Assembly (NCBI GenBank): GCA_963803705.1
Contig: CAWDNU010000004.1
Coordinates: 64,001-128,000 of the forward strand
Direction of reading: 5' to 3'
Origin: an uncultured Pseudobdellovibrionaceae bacterium
GTDB lineage: Bacteria; Bdellovibrionota; Bdellovibrionia; Bdellovibrionales; UBA1609
Length of the DNA stretch: 64,000 nt
Each line of letters opens with the position of its first letter. Position 1 is the first letter of the stretch. This document shows, in pieces, positions 19,100 through 28,159 of the stretch. Both the position numbers and the translations under genes were made by a program. The notes under the pieces are model-generated. The model did no database searches. It saw only the letters and a program-made list of their open reading frames with translations, and was not told where the DNA came from.

Positions 19100-20284
19100 T
19101 TGATATACTCGCTCAAAGCGTTTATTGGCATTTTATGTTTCGCTAACATATCTTATGCTCAATTGTACGCCCCACTTCCATCTGAAAATCAGCAAAGTAA
19201 AAAGTACGACCGCAAAAATAAGTCGTCTCTAGGTCTTAAGAGCTTCGAGAACTTAGATATTGAAAAAGCGACAGTAGATACAATGTTCAGTGTATTTAGT
19301 TTTGATGAAATTCAAGACAGATCTCAGCTTGTGCAACTGGCAATTTTACCTAGCTTAGAAATCAACTTACTTAAAAATTTAAAGTTTTCTGCTTTAGGCC
19401 TGATAGGCCTTAGTACGGGCCGAGTGCAAACTAGATTTGATAACCCACAGTTTAGCTCCTTAAATTTGAATGAGCTAATTTTAACATATTCTCCAGTAGA
19501 AAATTTAGGTCTCTCTATGGGAGCCTTAAACCAAAATGATTTAAACACGCGTATGCTAATTGCAGACAGAGCTTTTCCTGGCGTACAAATCAAAAACAAG
19601 ATTAAAATTTCTGATGATTTTGAAATCCAACTTAAAGCTCAGTACAGCATTCCTAATTCGGTAAGTTTTGAAACAGATCGTACCAATAATGAATCGATTC
19701 CTTCTTTTTTAACTCAAGGTTTTGATTTTAAGTTTAATTTAGATAATTGGTTAAAAGTTAAAGGTAACGTTCACCATTTTACATATAATGACCTGCCATC
19801 GGTTGTCGCTTTTCAAAGTGGCCGATTAGGAAATACTGTTGATGGTATTCAGTCTGCCGAATCAAATTTTATTTATGATTTTGACGGTTTTTCACAAGCT
19901 TATGAGTTTAATCTTTTGTTAGATCCAATATTCACAGCTAGATTTGATGTCGAAGTTATTGATAACCTTCAGGCACCTGATTCTCAAAGTCGCTCTCAGT
20001 GGACAGGGCTTGGTTTTGATTGGTACTTTCAAAATTTAATCATCTCGCCCACTGTGGCCTACTTTTTTGCGGAGGCCGATTCAGTGCCAGCCCTATATAG
20101 TGACGTCCGGCTAGGTAGAAACAAACGCGAAGGGTTTAGTTATAAACTTAAATTAAATTTTAAGAAGTCAGGATTTAGTGTAAGTGCAAATTATATTCAG
20201 GCAAATCTTATTCAGCCTGATCCTGTACAAAACGACTTAAGAACATTTGAATTTTTGCTGGAGTTGCCAAGTGTTAAATTTTAA
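19100..20284 (+). CDS. Outer-membrane beta-barrel, family A (putative porin-like)
   Basis: Signal peptide, alternating aromatic strands, C-terminal Phe; paralogue of 49288-50553 (AFPG, GNTVDG, D.VPA motifs); start chosen at TTG 19100, ORF open from 18986. Confidence 0.75.
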   Translation: MIYSLKAFIGILCFANISYAQLYAPLPSENQQSKKYDRKNKSSLGLKSFENLDIEKATVDTMFSVFSFDEIQDRSQLVQLAILPSLEINLLKNLKFSALGLIGLSTGRVQTRFDNPQFSSLNLNELILTYSPVENLGLSMGALNQNDLNTRMLIADRAFPGVQIKNKIKISDDFEIQLKAQYSIPNSVSFETDRTNNESIPSFLTQGFDFKFNLDNWLKVKGNVHHFTYNDLPSVVAFQSGRLGNTVDGIQSAESNFIYDFDGFSQAYEFNLLLDPIFTARFDVEVIDNLQAPDSQSRSQWTGLGFDWYFQNLIISPTVAYFFAEADSVPALYSDVRLGRNKREGFSYKLKLNFKKSGFSVSANYIQANLIQPDPVQNDLRTFEFLLELPSVKF

Positions 20285-23200
20285 AAAGCTTGTTCTTATT
20301 GCAAATCGGAAGTGCTTTTTTGAAAAGTTGTTCTCTATATTTTTGGTTTTGACCGCGTTACTTTTATCGAGTTGTCTGCGTACAGCCAGAGAACCTGTAG
20401 ACCAGCAAGGTGAAATTCGAGATTTTCGGGTTAGAACAATCACCGGTGATATCTTGGAGGATAACACTGACAACATTTGGACCATACCTACTCAGAAAAA
20501 ATACAATTTAAGAGCCTGCCTTATTGGGCGTGCGACTAACCAGCAGTTACCGCAAGGTCAAGAGTTTATGATAATAGGCGCTAATGGCGAAGCTCAAAAA
20601 GACAATACAGATGATCAAGGCTGCATCAACTGGAATGAGTATGTAGATTTTAACTTTACATCTAATTCAATTTATTTAAAAAAGACAAGGCGCCTAAGAA
20701 GCCTTGGCAGTTATAAGGGCGAAGCCGAAGTGGCAGTGGCAATCAACCCATGGATGTCTTATAGAAACGAGCCTGGTGAAGAAGTTATAGATATTGAACG
20801 CTCTGGAATTGCTGATGGTGTGATGGTTGAAGAAGCTGACGAGGAACTTTTAAGACAAGGTATTATTAATAGGGATAAGACTTCATCTGAGTTACTAATA
20901 GATCCAAATTTAAATCTAACCATATCCTATGAACGGGACATAAAAGATGGACAAAACTTAAAATTAGTTTTGCGAGTCAAGCCATATATTCAGCCAAAAA
21001 ATATGAGAGGTGCAAAAGTTCCCTTTTACTTTGACAGTGGCAAATATCGGATCTTCGCTCAATTAGTAAGTAATAATATAGGCCTAAAAACTAACGATCG
21101 TGGCCAAATGGCAAGCCAGCATTCTTTATTAACAAAAGACTTTATATCCGCGGAGCGTGATGCTACTGCCGATGGAAGTTTAGACGTAGTAGTATATTTT
21201 AATCTTAAACGGGAAATTAGAGAAGGTGAGGTTCACCTTGCACTGAAAATTGAGCCCTTGGGAACTCCCTACCCTATTACTCCCTATGAAGCTCTACACA
21301 GACTTGATAAATTCGATAAGGTTAAGGGCGATCACAAGGCACCACAAATTCTAGGTAATATGTCACCTGAACCTTTTTCCTTTGGTAGCTTTCTTAAAAA
21401 TGAAACAGATTTTAATGAGCTAAAGAAACTTAAATTTGAAGGCCAAGAGGTTAACATCGCTAATGACTTACCACCTGTCTATTACGGTCCTTTTGAGCCT
21501 AAATTTATACGTATAAAATCTGGCGAGACTGCCACTGAAAGAACATTGATGTACCGAGTAACAACTGTTGTAAAGGACGCTATCACTGGAGAACCAAGAC
21601 CACGTGAAGTCTTTCGAATTAAAAAGCTGTTTAATAAAACTGAAGAGATTCAAACGTCGGATGAGTTCGGCCGTTTGATTTGGAACGATGAGCTTCATCA
21701 TCTTTACTATCAACCCGAGCAATATTTTTTTCCACAATTTGAAATTACAAAAATTTCCGGTGGTAATGTTTTTAAAAATAGGATTGCTGTAAACCCATGG
21801 GATTTTGGGTGGACTTTTGGAGAAGATGTAAGAGGACAAGAAAGCTACTACGCGAAAATTGCTAAACAACATATTAGTCCACCTGATTTTCTAATTGATG
21901 CCTTTAGGTATCAAACTGTCAGATTTCGCTATGTAATCGACGAGTTTTTAACTTTAAATGTTAAAAAAGCTGTAGTTATGGCCTTAGACCCCTTAGTGGA
22001 AAAAAAGACCATCACAGAAGGACGAAAGTTTGAGCCCCTTCGAAATGGCATTTATTTGGTTAAAGTGGCCCTTGTAAAATATTACTTAGACCCTTTCCAG
22101 AACAACACCCGATTGATAAAGGTTGGCTCAACTGAGATTAATTCAGCTGAGGATAAGTCATGTGAGGGCTTTGATAAAGACTTTGGACACGCTGAAAGAG
22201 TTCAAACTGACACTGTAGAAATTTCTAAGGACTACCCTGAGGAGTCTTCTGGAGATTTAACCAATGCTCAAGGTGATAGCTACAGATTAGAAACTGTTCG
22301 TTGTAATGGTAAGGCCAGACAAGGACAGTACACGACTGTCATTAAAAAGCTTTTAAGGGTTCAGGCTGGTCGTATTACCACACCTTTAGAATTTTCAATG
22401 CGTGATTTAAGGATGATGAGTATTCGGTCTAATATTATGATTCAGCTAGAGACTATTGATGAAACCAAGTTACTTGCTGATAATCTTGCCAACCAAACAA
22501 TAAACCGAGCTATCCGTGAATACTATGAAGTCAACAACCCTGATGTATCCGCCGAAAAAAGAGAAGCTTTAGTTGACGAAAAGATCGCACTTTACAATTT
22601 TGAGACTGAAAAGCTCAAAGAAACTATGGCTAGCAATCTTGAAGAGATTCAAAAAGAAAGAGAAGAGGTAAATAAAGCCTACGAAAGACGAGACGAGGTT
22701 CTTAGTGATCTTCAAAAGAGTTTAGGTAGTGCAGTCTTGGCTGAAAATTCTCAAACCTATAAAGATAACGTTGATCTGCCAGAAGAAGAGTTTTTAGCTA
22801 GAATGAATGTAGCTCGAAATAGTATAAATCAAATTCATTCTCAGGTTGAAAGTTACTGGTCTGACTATGAAAGATCTTGGATAGACAATCAGCTTGAGGG
22901 TTATGGGAATGATAGCAACCGTGGTATTTTACTTTCTACCCCAGTAGAGCAGTTAAGTAAAAAACCATCTTACTACGATTACTTGGCATCCATGCAGACT
23001 TTTTTAAAAGACTTTGGTGTGGGGCTTGGGCCTGTTCAGCAGGATCTAGATAATTTAGCAAAAAATGAATATTCCAATACTCCTTTAACTCCTTTAGTTG
23101 ATCTGGATAGTTATGTTGAGAAAAATTCTGGGCTCAGAAAAAGGACCTTTATAGGTCCTTGTACGTTAGTTGAAAATGACAATATGTCAGAGCTTCGTCC

Positions 23201-25040
23201 AACGGATAAAATTGATGAAGCTTACTCCGAATACATCGATAATTCACAGTTGGTTTATACACCGCTGACTCCCCCGGCTGACAACAGAGTTTTTGAAAGA
23301 TCTGCATACCACGACTCACTGGTGCCATTTGCTGATACTCACGTTGATGACTTTATTGACATTCATATCCATAACGAAGAGCAGTATATAAAAGAGATGA
23401 AGGTCTTATCTCAAATGGGCCGCTACGTCAGGGCTTACAATCTTGAGTATGTGTCTTTAAAAGATAAACCTTTAAGAGAATTTGAATCTGGTTGTGATTT
23501 GGATTCTTTAGATCCTAAATTAAACTGCTTTAAGCCTGTTGTAGAGAATGTCAGTTCCAAAAATGATTTTTTACATGAACTTAACAAGCATGATGAGGCG
23601 CAACTATTAGGTCGATATTTTTATGTAAACCCACTGTCTGAATCCAAAAAGTTAAATGAAGTGATATCTAGAGAAAATAAGTTAGAACCACTTTGGGATA
23701 GAGCCTTAAGAGAGTATCATGGGTTAATGCCAAACAAATCTGATAGGTGGAAAAATCAGGGCCTCCCATACGCTACTCGTGGATGGGGCAATCACTATCA
23801 CCGTTCTGCAAAAAACTATTTAACAGAAAACTATTCGGACAGGCCGATTAAATCTAGCACCAAAACTATTAAGAAATGGTTGGACACTGGTCCGCACAAT
23901 TTAACCTTGCTTGACTCGGTTAAAATTTGCTCAGCATTATCCAGTCAGATAGATAGCCTTTTAGAAAAAGATAAGCTTGTTGATAATACTCCTAGTTTTT
24001 GGAGTAGCAAAAGAAAAACTTCTGCTGAATATTTACTTGAATACTGTTTTTCAAAAATTCATCTTATCGATGGTGAATCCATCGAAAGTGGTCTTGTCGA
24101 ACTAAACGATCAGGTTATTAGTGATGACTCGTCCAATGACAGGGTGTTCATGAATGGGGTTTCTTTCGACCGAAGACGAAGAATTGTTAGAACCGGAAGA
24201 TATGAGCATCAAGCTGGAAAAAACACCAACTTAAATGTGGGTATTGATTTTGGCTTGGCAACTTACCAAGATGTTAACAGTGTAGCTTCATTAGGCCTAA
24301 ATGGTGGCGCCTTATTGGGAATAGGCGGGGTCGGTGCCGGTGCGTGGGCAGGTCTTGCTGCTGCGGGTGTTGTTACTGCAGGGGTTGCTCCTATTTTAGG
24401 TGTTGCAGCTGCGGGAGCAGCTGCCGTCGTTGGCGGAGTAGCTGTATTTCAAGGTAGCGCTAGCAAAGCTTCTGGCGTAAATATGACCACTGGCACAAGC
24501 GTCAGTATGGCGACTTTCCTGGTCGTGCAAAAAGCAGAAGAAGACATAGTTCTGACAGAATATGAAAAGTGCTTAAGCTTTCAGTTTTCACCGGAAGCCA
24601 TCAATGAAATGAATTTCGAAATGCTACGATTATCCGAAGGTGTTGCTGACAAAGATCCAAAACTCAGAAATGCGTTAAGCCGGGGCTATTTTATATGCGA
24701 AGGTAACACGGACAACCCTCCAGTTAAAGTTCGCGAAAACTACTACTATATCACTCAGCATTTCACCGCCGGAGACATGTTAGATAGTGCAAATTTGCTA
24801 AATCACGTTTGGCTATTAGCTCTTCGCGGTGAACGGGATTTTAATGCTTTTATAAAAACTGTGATCGGAAAAGAGATTGATAAAGACGGTCAAGTGATAG
24901 AAGAAGATAGGCTTTATGACTATTCACTTTCAAGACTTAGTCAGGTGTATGGCAAAGTGATACCTAGTTTTCCAGGAATGTATTCCGTCCAGGACCCTAT
25001 ACCAATACATACCGGCTCACCCAAAACCCGTGGCTTTTAA
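20271..25040 (+). CDS. Giant (~1590 aa) lipoprotein of unknown function, family A
   Basis: Lipobox LLSSC; GGAG RBS and GTG start inside the barrel 3' end; paralogue of 44457-49304. Confidence 0.85.
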   Translation: MLNFKKLVLIANRKCFFEKLFSIFLVLTALLLSSCLRTAREPVDQQGEIRDFRVRTITGDILEDNTDNIWTIPTQKKYNLRACLIGRATNQQLPQGQEFMIIGANGEAQKDNTDDQGCINWNEYVDFNFTSNSIYLKKTRRLRSLGSYKGEAEVAVAINPWMSYRNEPGEEVIDIERSGIADGVMVEEADEELLRQGIINRDKTSSELLIDPNLNLTISYERDIKDGQNLKLVLRVKPYIQPKNMRGAKVPFYFDSGKYRIFAQLVSNNIGLKTNDRGQMASQHSLLTKDFISAERDATADGSLDVVVYFNLKREIREGEVHLALKIEPLGTPYPITPYEALHRLDKFDKVKGDHKAPQILGNMSPEPFSFGSFLKNETDFNELKKLKFEGQEVNIANDLPPVYYGPFEPKFIRIKSGETATERTLMYRVTTVVKDAITGEPRPREVFRIKKLFNKTEEIQTSDEFGRLIWNDELHHLYYQPEQYFFPQFEITKISGGNVFKNRIAVNPWDFGWTFGEDVRGQESYYAKIAKQHISPPDFLIDAFRYQTVRFRYVIDEFLTLNVKKAVVMALDPLVEKKTITEGRKFEPLRNGIYLVKVALVKYYLDPFQNNTRLIKVGSTEINSAEDKSCEGFDKDFGHAERVQTDTVEISKDYPEESSGDLTNAQGDSYRLETVRCNGKARQGQYTTVIKKLLRVQAGRITTPLEFSMRDLRMMSIRSNIMIQLETIDETKLLADNLANQTINRAIREYYEVNNPDVSAEKREALVDEKIALYNFETEKLKETMASNLEEIQKEREEVNKAYERRDEVLSDLQKSLGSAVLAENSQTYKDNVDLPEEEFLARMNVARNSINQIHSQVESYWSDYERSWIDNQLEGYGNDSNRGILLSTPVEQLSKKPSYYDYLASMQTFLKDFGVGLGPVQQDLDNLAKNEYSNTPLTPLVDLDSYVEKNSGLRKRTFIGPCTLVENDNMSELRPTDKIDEAYSEYIDNSQLVYTPLTPPADNRVFERSAYHDSLVPFADTHVDDFIDIHIHNEEQYIKEMKVLSQMGRYVRAYNLEYVSLKDKPLREFESGCDLDSLDPKLNCFKPVVENVSSKNDFLHELNKHDEAQLLGRYFYVNPLSESKKLNEVISRENKLEPLWDRALREYHGLMPNKSDRWKNQGLPYATRGWGNHYHRSAKNYLTENYSDRPIKSSTKTIKKWLDTGPHNLTLLDSVKICSALSSQIDSLLEKDKLVDNTPSFWSSKRKTSAEYLLEYCFSKIHLIDGESIESGLVELNDQVISDDSSNDRVFMNGVSFDRRRRIVRTGRYEHQAGKNTNLNVGIDFGLATYQDVNSVASLGLNGGALLGIGGVGAGAWAGLAAAGVVTAGVAPILGVAAAGAAAVVGGVAVFQGSASKASGVNMTTGTSVSMATFLVVQKAEEDIVLTEYEKCLSFQFSPEAINEMNFEMLRLSEGVADKDPKLRNALSRGYFICEGNTDNPPVKVRENYYYITQHFTAGDMLDSANLLNHVWLLALRGERDFNAFIKTVIGKEIDKDGQVIEEDRLYDYSLSRLSQVYGKVIPSFPGMYSVQDPIPIHTGSPKTRGF

Positions 25041-25160
25041 GCTAAGAAAAGCTCCAGGGGGAAGAAGACTTCGCCTGAGCCAGGAAAAGCTCCAGGGACA
25101 AGGTTACTTCGCCTGAGCCAGGAAAAGCTCAAGGGAGAAGGTTACTTCGCCTGAGCTAGA
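25041..25160 (+). repeat. 38-bp imperfect tandem repeat x3
   Basis: Unit GCCAGGAAAAGCTCCAGGGACAAGGTTACTTCGCCTGA at 25041, 25079 and 25117. Confidence 0.9.
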
Positions 25161-25325
25161 CAGCACACCCCCCACCACCCTCAAAAGATTCTGATCCCTA
25201 ACTAATAAGTACCTTCAAATGGATCTGAAAGTTGCTCTGTAATAATTCTAAGCCTACAATTGAAAACTTATTGATAATTGTAAGTCTAACAACAGAAACC
25301 AACGACATCTAAAGGAGTCAATAAG

Positions 25326-25709
25326 ATGATATTAAATAGAAGAAAACTCATTCATTTCGCAGCCTTAGGTACAACCGCATTTATTGCGAATGCATGTAGT
25401 AAGAAAGCTGATCCTAAACCCAATGTTTCGGGTGAACTTGGAGCAGATACGGGCGCGGAAAAGCCTTTAGAGCTTGTTTCTGAAACAGATGCTACAGCGG
25501 TTGCTTTGGGCTATAAGCATGATGCGTCCTCAGTGCCTGCGGCTGAAAAGGCTGAAAAAAATGGAACCGTAGGTGCAGAGCAAAAGTGTTCCAATTGTGC
25601 TTTTTATTCAGCTATCGATGGTGTTGAAGGCGGAAAGTGTTCTCTTATATTGTCTGGATACGTAAAGCCAGCTGGTTGGTGTAAATCTTGGAGCTTAAAA
25701 CAAGCTTAA
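25326..25709 (+). CDS. High-potential iron-sulfur protein (HiPIP), Tat lipoprotein
   Basis: RRKLI twin-Arg plus ANAC lipobox; ALGY, CSNC..Y, C, GWCKSW motifs. Confidence 0.9.
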   Translation: MILNRRKLIHFAALGTTAFIANACSKKADPKPNVSGELGADTGAEKPLELVSETDATAVALGYKHDASSVPAAEKAEKNGTVGAEQKCSNCAFYSAIDGVEGGKCSLILSGYVKPAGWCKSWSLKQA

Positions 25710-25780
25710 GATAAATTTAGTTACATGTAAAAGTAGTCGGATTTGCATGTGACTAATTCATCTTACAAAGACTTTAGCCT

Positions 25781-26902
25781 ATGAAATTTACTTTCAGATT
25801 GTTAGCATTTTTGATTCTTCTTGGCTGCTCGAAAACTGGCTTAAAGCCAGATCCAGATGGATCCTCAAAGAGCTTAACCAAAACTTTAAACGTAAATTTA
25901 AATAAAGATATTGAAGATAGCTGTTTGGAAAATAGAATGGCTATTGATATTGGATCTGGCTCGACCAAGATGCTAGTAGCTCAGGTAAACTTCTGCCTCA
26001 AGCAGATCAACAATATTTTTGAATCTAAGTCTGTAGGCTTGAAGTTAAAAGAAATTGTAGAGCGAAACCAAAATACGATCCCTAAATATATGTTAGCTAA
26101 AATTTCTAAAGTGATTTTAAGTTGGAAAGGTGAACATAGAGATCTTAATATCAAGTACTTTAGAGCAATCGGCACTGAAATTTTTAGGCAAGCGACAAAT
26201 GGATCTGAATTTTTAGATAAGCTTTCAAAGTTAATCCAGATGAAAGTGAGATTGATAGACCAATCCACTGAATCAAAACTCGGGTTTTTTGCTGCTCAAG
26301 GGGTCTCACCGTTTTCACAAAAAAAAGTGGTAGTTTGGGACATCGGTGGAGGTAGCATGCAGCTGACAGGCCTTAGTGCTTCTGGGAACTATATATTCCA
26401 AAAAAGTAAGGTTGCGTCTGTTAGTTTTAAAAACAAGATCTTAAAGCTAAAGACTAGTAGCAAAAGTATTTCTCCAAACCCGTTGGGCGAACCTTTGGCA
26501 GATAGATCTGTGATTCTTGCAAAAAAACTAGCACTTCAAAATTTAAACCGAAGACTAAAAACAGATTTAAAGAGCAAAAAAATTCTTGGTATTGGTGGAG
26601 TTCATAACAAATCCGTCTACCGCCAGGTGACAGAAATTTTACGGCCAAAAGTAAATAAGCTTGAATTAAATCTACCTTCTAAGAGGCAAGTTAAGAAGAG
26701 AACTCTTAACCACTACACACAAACGGATTTGAGAAAAGTATTAAGAATCATGGCAACAAAGACAGATGCTCAAATCGGTAGTGATTACCCAGAGACTGAT
26801 GTGACAAATATAGCTCTAGTATTAGGACATATGGAGGCTTTCGCTATCGGCAGAGTGTATGTCATCAATGCCGACTTAACTTATGGTCTAATATTATTGT
26901 AG
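25781..26902 (+). CDS. Ppx/GppA-family (ASKHA) phosphatase-like lipoprotein
   Basis: LLGC lipobox; IDIGSGSTK, GTEIFRQATNG and WDIGGGSMQL motifs. Confidence 0.8.
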   Translation: MKFTFRLLAFLILLGCSKTGLKPDPDGSSKSLTKTLNVNLNKDIEDSCLENRMAIDIGSGSTKMLVAQVNFCLKQINNIFESKSVGLKLKEIVERNQNTIPKYMLAKISKVILSWKGEHRDLNIKYFRAIGTEIFRQATNGSEFLDKLSKLIQMKVRLIDQSTESKLGFFAAQGVSPFSQKKVVVWDIGGGSMQLTGLSASGNYIFQKSKVASVSFKNKILKLKTSSKSISPNPLGEPLADRSVILAKKLALQNLNRRLKTDLKSKKILGIGGVHNKSVYRQVTEILRPKVNKLELNLPSKRQVKKRTLNHYTQTDLRKVLRIMATKTDAQIGSDYPETDVTNIALVLGHMEAFAIGRVYVINADLTYGLILL

Positions 26903-26991
26903 GTCGTTAATGTGGAACTATAAAGCTACCGCCGGTAAGTCGTAAATGTAAAACTATAAAGCTACGACCGGTAGGTCGTAAAGGTGAAACT
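26899..26991 (+). repeat. 36-bp imperfect tandem repeat x2.6
   Basis: Unit ~GTAGGTCGTAAATGTAAAACTATAAAGCTACGACCG at 26899, 26935 and 26971. Confidence 0.8.
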
Positions 26992-27029
26992 TTCAGTTCG
27001 CAAATTTTATCGTTGAAGCTTTAAAAACT

Positions 27030-28079
27030 TTAAGCCGGCGTGCTTTTCTGACACATTTTTAGTTCACTCATTTTTTGTTTGATTCTTTTAAAATCCAGAT
27101 TAGGAAACCTTCTTTCAATAGCACCTTCTTTTCCTGGGTTATCTAGTGCATCTAAAAAAAGTAGTGAAGTGCAAATTGAAATATTCTCAAATGGATTTTT
27201 TGCGTAAGTTGAGTTGAACTCTGACTCGCTCTCGCTCATAGTGCCTCTTTCATCTTCTTCAACGGCCGCTTTAGTCTCGAAGTACTCTATTTGACACAAA
27301 CCAACTTTAGCAGACGACCTGCCCCTTACTCTAACTGGCGTTGACAGATTGCTATTATAGTTTGAAGTCTGCTTGAATACTTCTGAGTAAATAAATACAA
27401 CGGCAGCTTTTTTCTGGTTAGCACCTAACTCTGGAAAGTTAGGGCATAATGACTGAAATTCATCGCCATTTACTAACACTAAGCCACCCAGCTTGTTTAA
27501 TGAGGCTATGACCGATCCTGTGTAAAGCGCCTGATCCTCTTCTGAAACCTCAGCGAAAGGAACTTGATTTTCAGCAGCAATAGCATTTTGAATAGCACCA
27601 GCATCGTGAGCGCTATCTTGTATGTTTCTTGCTACTACCTGTTCAGCGGTTTCAACTCCAGCTTTTTTTGCTAGACAATTCTTACAGTCCCAACTGCCTA
27701 AGGGACCATCTGTGCTACCGGGATTTATTCGTTTACCTACTAGTTCTGCCATACCAAATATTCTGGTTATTCCAGCTATGGATTCCAGTGCATATGAACC
27801 TAAATCTTTGTCCTGATTAAAAGTTTTGTAATTTGAATACGGCAAAGCCCCTTGTCCAGAGTTGATGCCAGAATAATACGACGGTCTAGAAAAACCAGGC
27901 GAAGATAAACCGGGTTGAGAAAAGCCAGGTTGCGAAATCCCTGCCTCTGTTTGAGCAGAACCTAAGTTGGGCACTGTACTGGGATCTACATTTAACTTAC
28001 GTGTTTGCTTTGCCATCACGACATTGCCCCCAAAGAGACTAAGTAAGATAAAAGGAAGTGTTAGAGTAGAGGGCTTCAC
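27030..28079 (-). CDS. Secreted protein with degenerate lytic transglycosylase (SLT)-like domain
   Basis: Signal peptide; short SQPG-type repeats; CxxC; LCPNF...KQTSNYN...VGLCQIEY...NPFENISIC. Confidence 0.55.
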   Translation of the reverse strand: MKPSTLTLPFILLSLFGGNVVMAKQTRKLNVDPSTVPNLGSAQTEAGISQPGFSQPGLSSPGFSRPSYYSGINSGQGALPYSNYKTFNQDKDLGSYALESIAGITRIFGMAELVGKRINPGSTDGPLGSWDCKNCLAKKAGVETAEQVVARNIQDSAHDAGAIQNAIAAENQVPFAEVSEEDQALYTGSVIASLNKLGGLVLVNGDEFQSLCPNFPELGANQKKAAVVFIYSEVFKQTSNYNSNLSTPVRVRGRSSAKVGLCQIEYFETKAAVEEDERGTMSESESEFNSTYAKNPFENISICTSLLFLDALDNPGKEGAIERRFPNLDFKRIKQKMSELKMCQKSTPA

Positions 28080-28086
28080 GTCTAGC

Positions 28087-28112
28087 CTATCGGCGTCATT
28101 ATTTGGTTTTTA
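28087..28112 (-). promoter_or_regulatory. Sigma28/FliA-like promoter
   Basis: TAAA-N14-GCCGATAG, 7 nt upstream of the GTG start at 28079. Confidence 0.6.
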
Positions 28113-28159
28113 AAGTGTTTTTCTTTTACATAGACTAAAGCCAAGCTACTCTGCTTTAA

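Noticed and set aside
19100..25040. Classical two-partner secretion or SusC/SusD pair
   Set aside because: Barrels are ~400-470 aa with no recognisable POTRA or plug domain, and the cargoes are lipoproteins without TPS (NPNG) or SusD motifs
25041..25160. Possible CRISPR array
   Set aside because: Units are contiguous with no unique 25-45-bp spacers, and no cas genes are in the window
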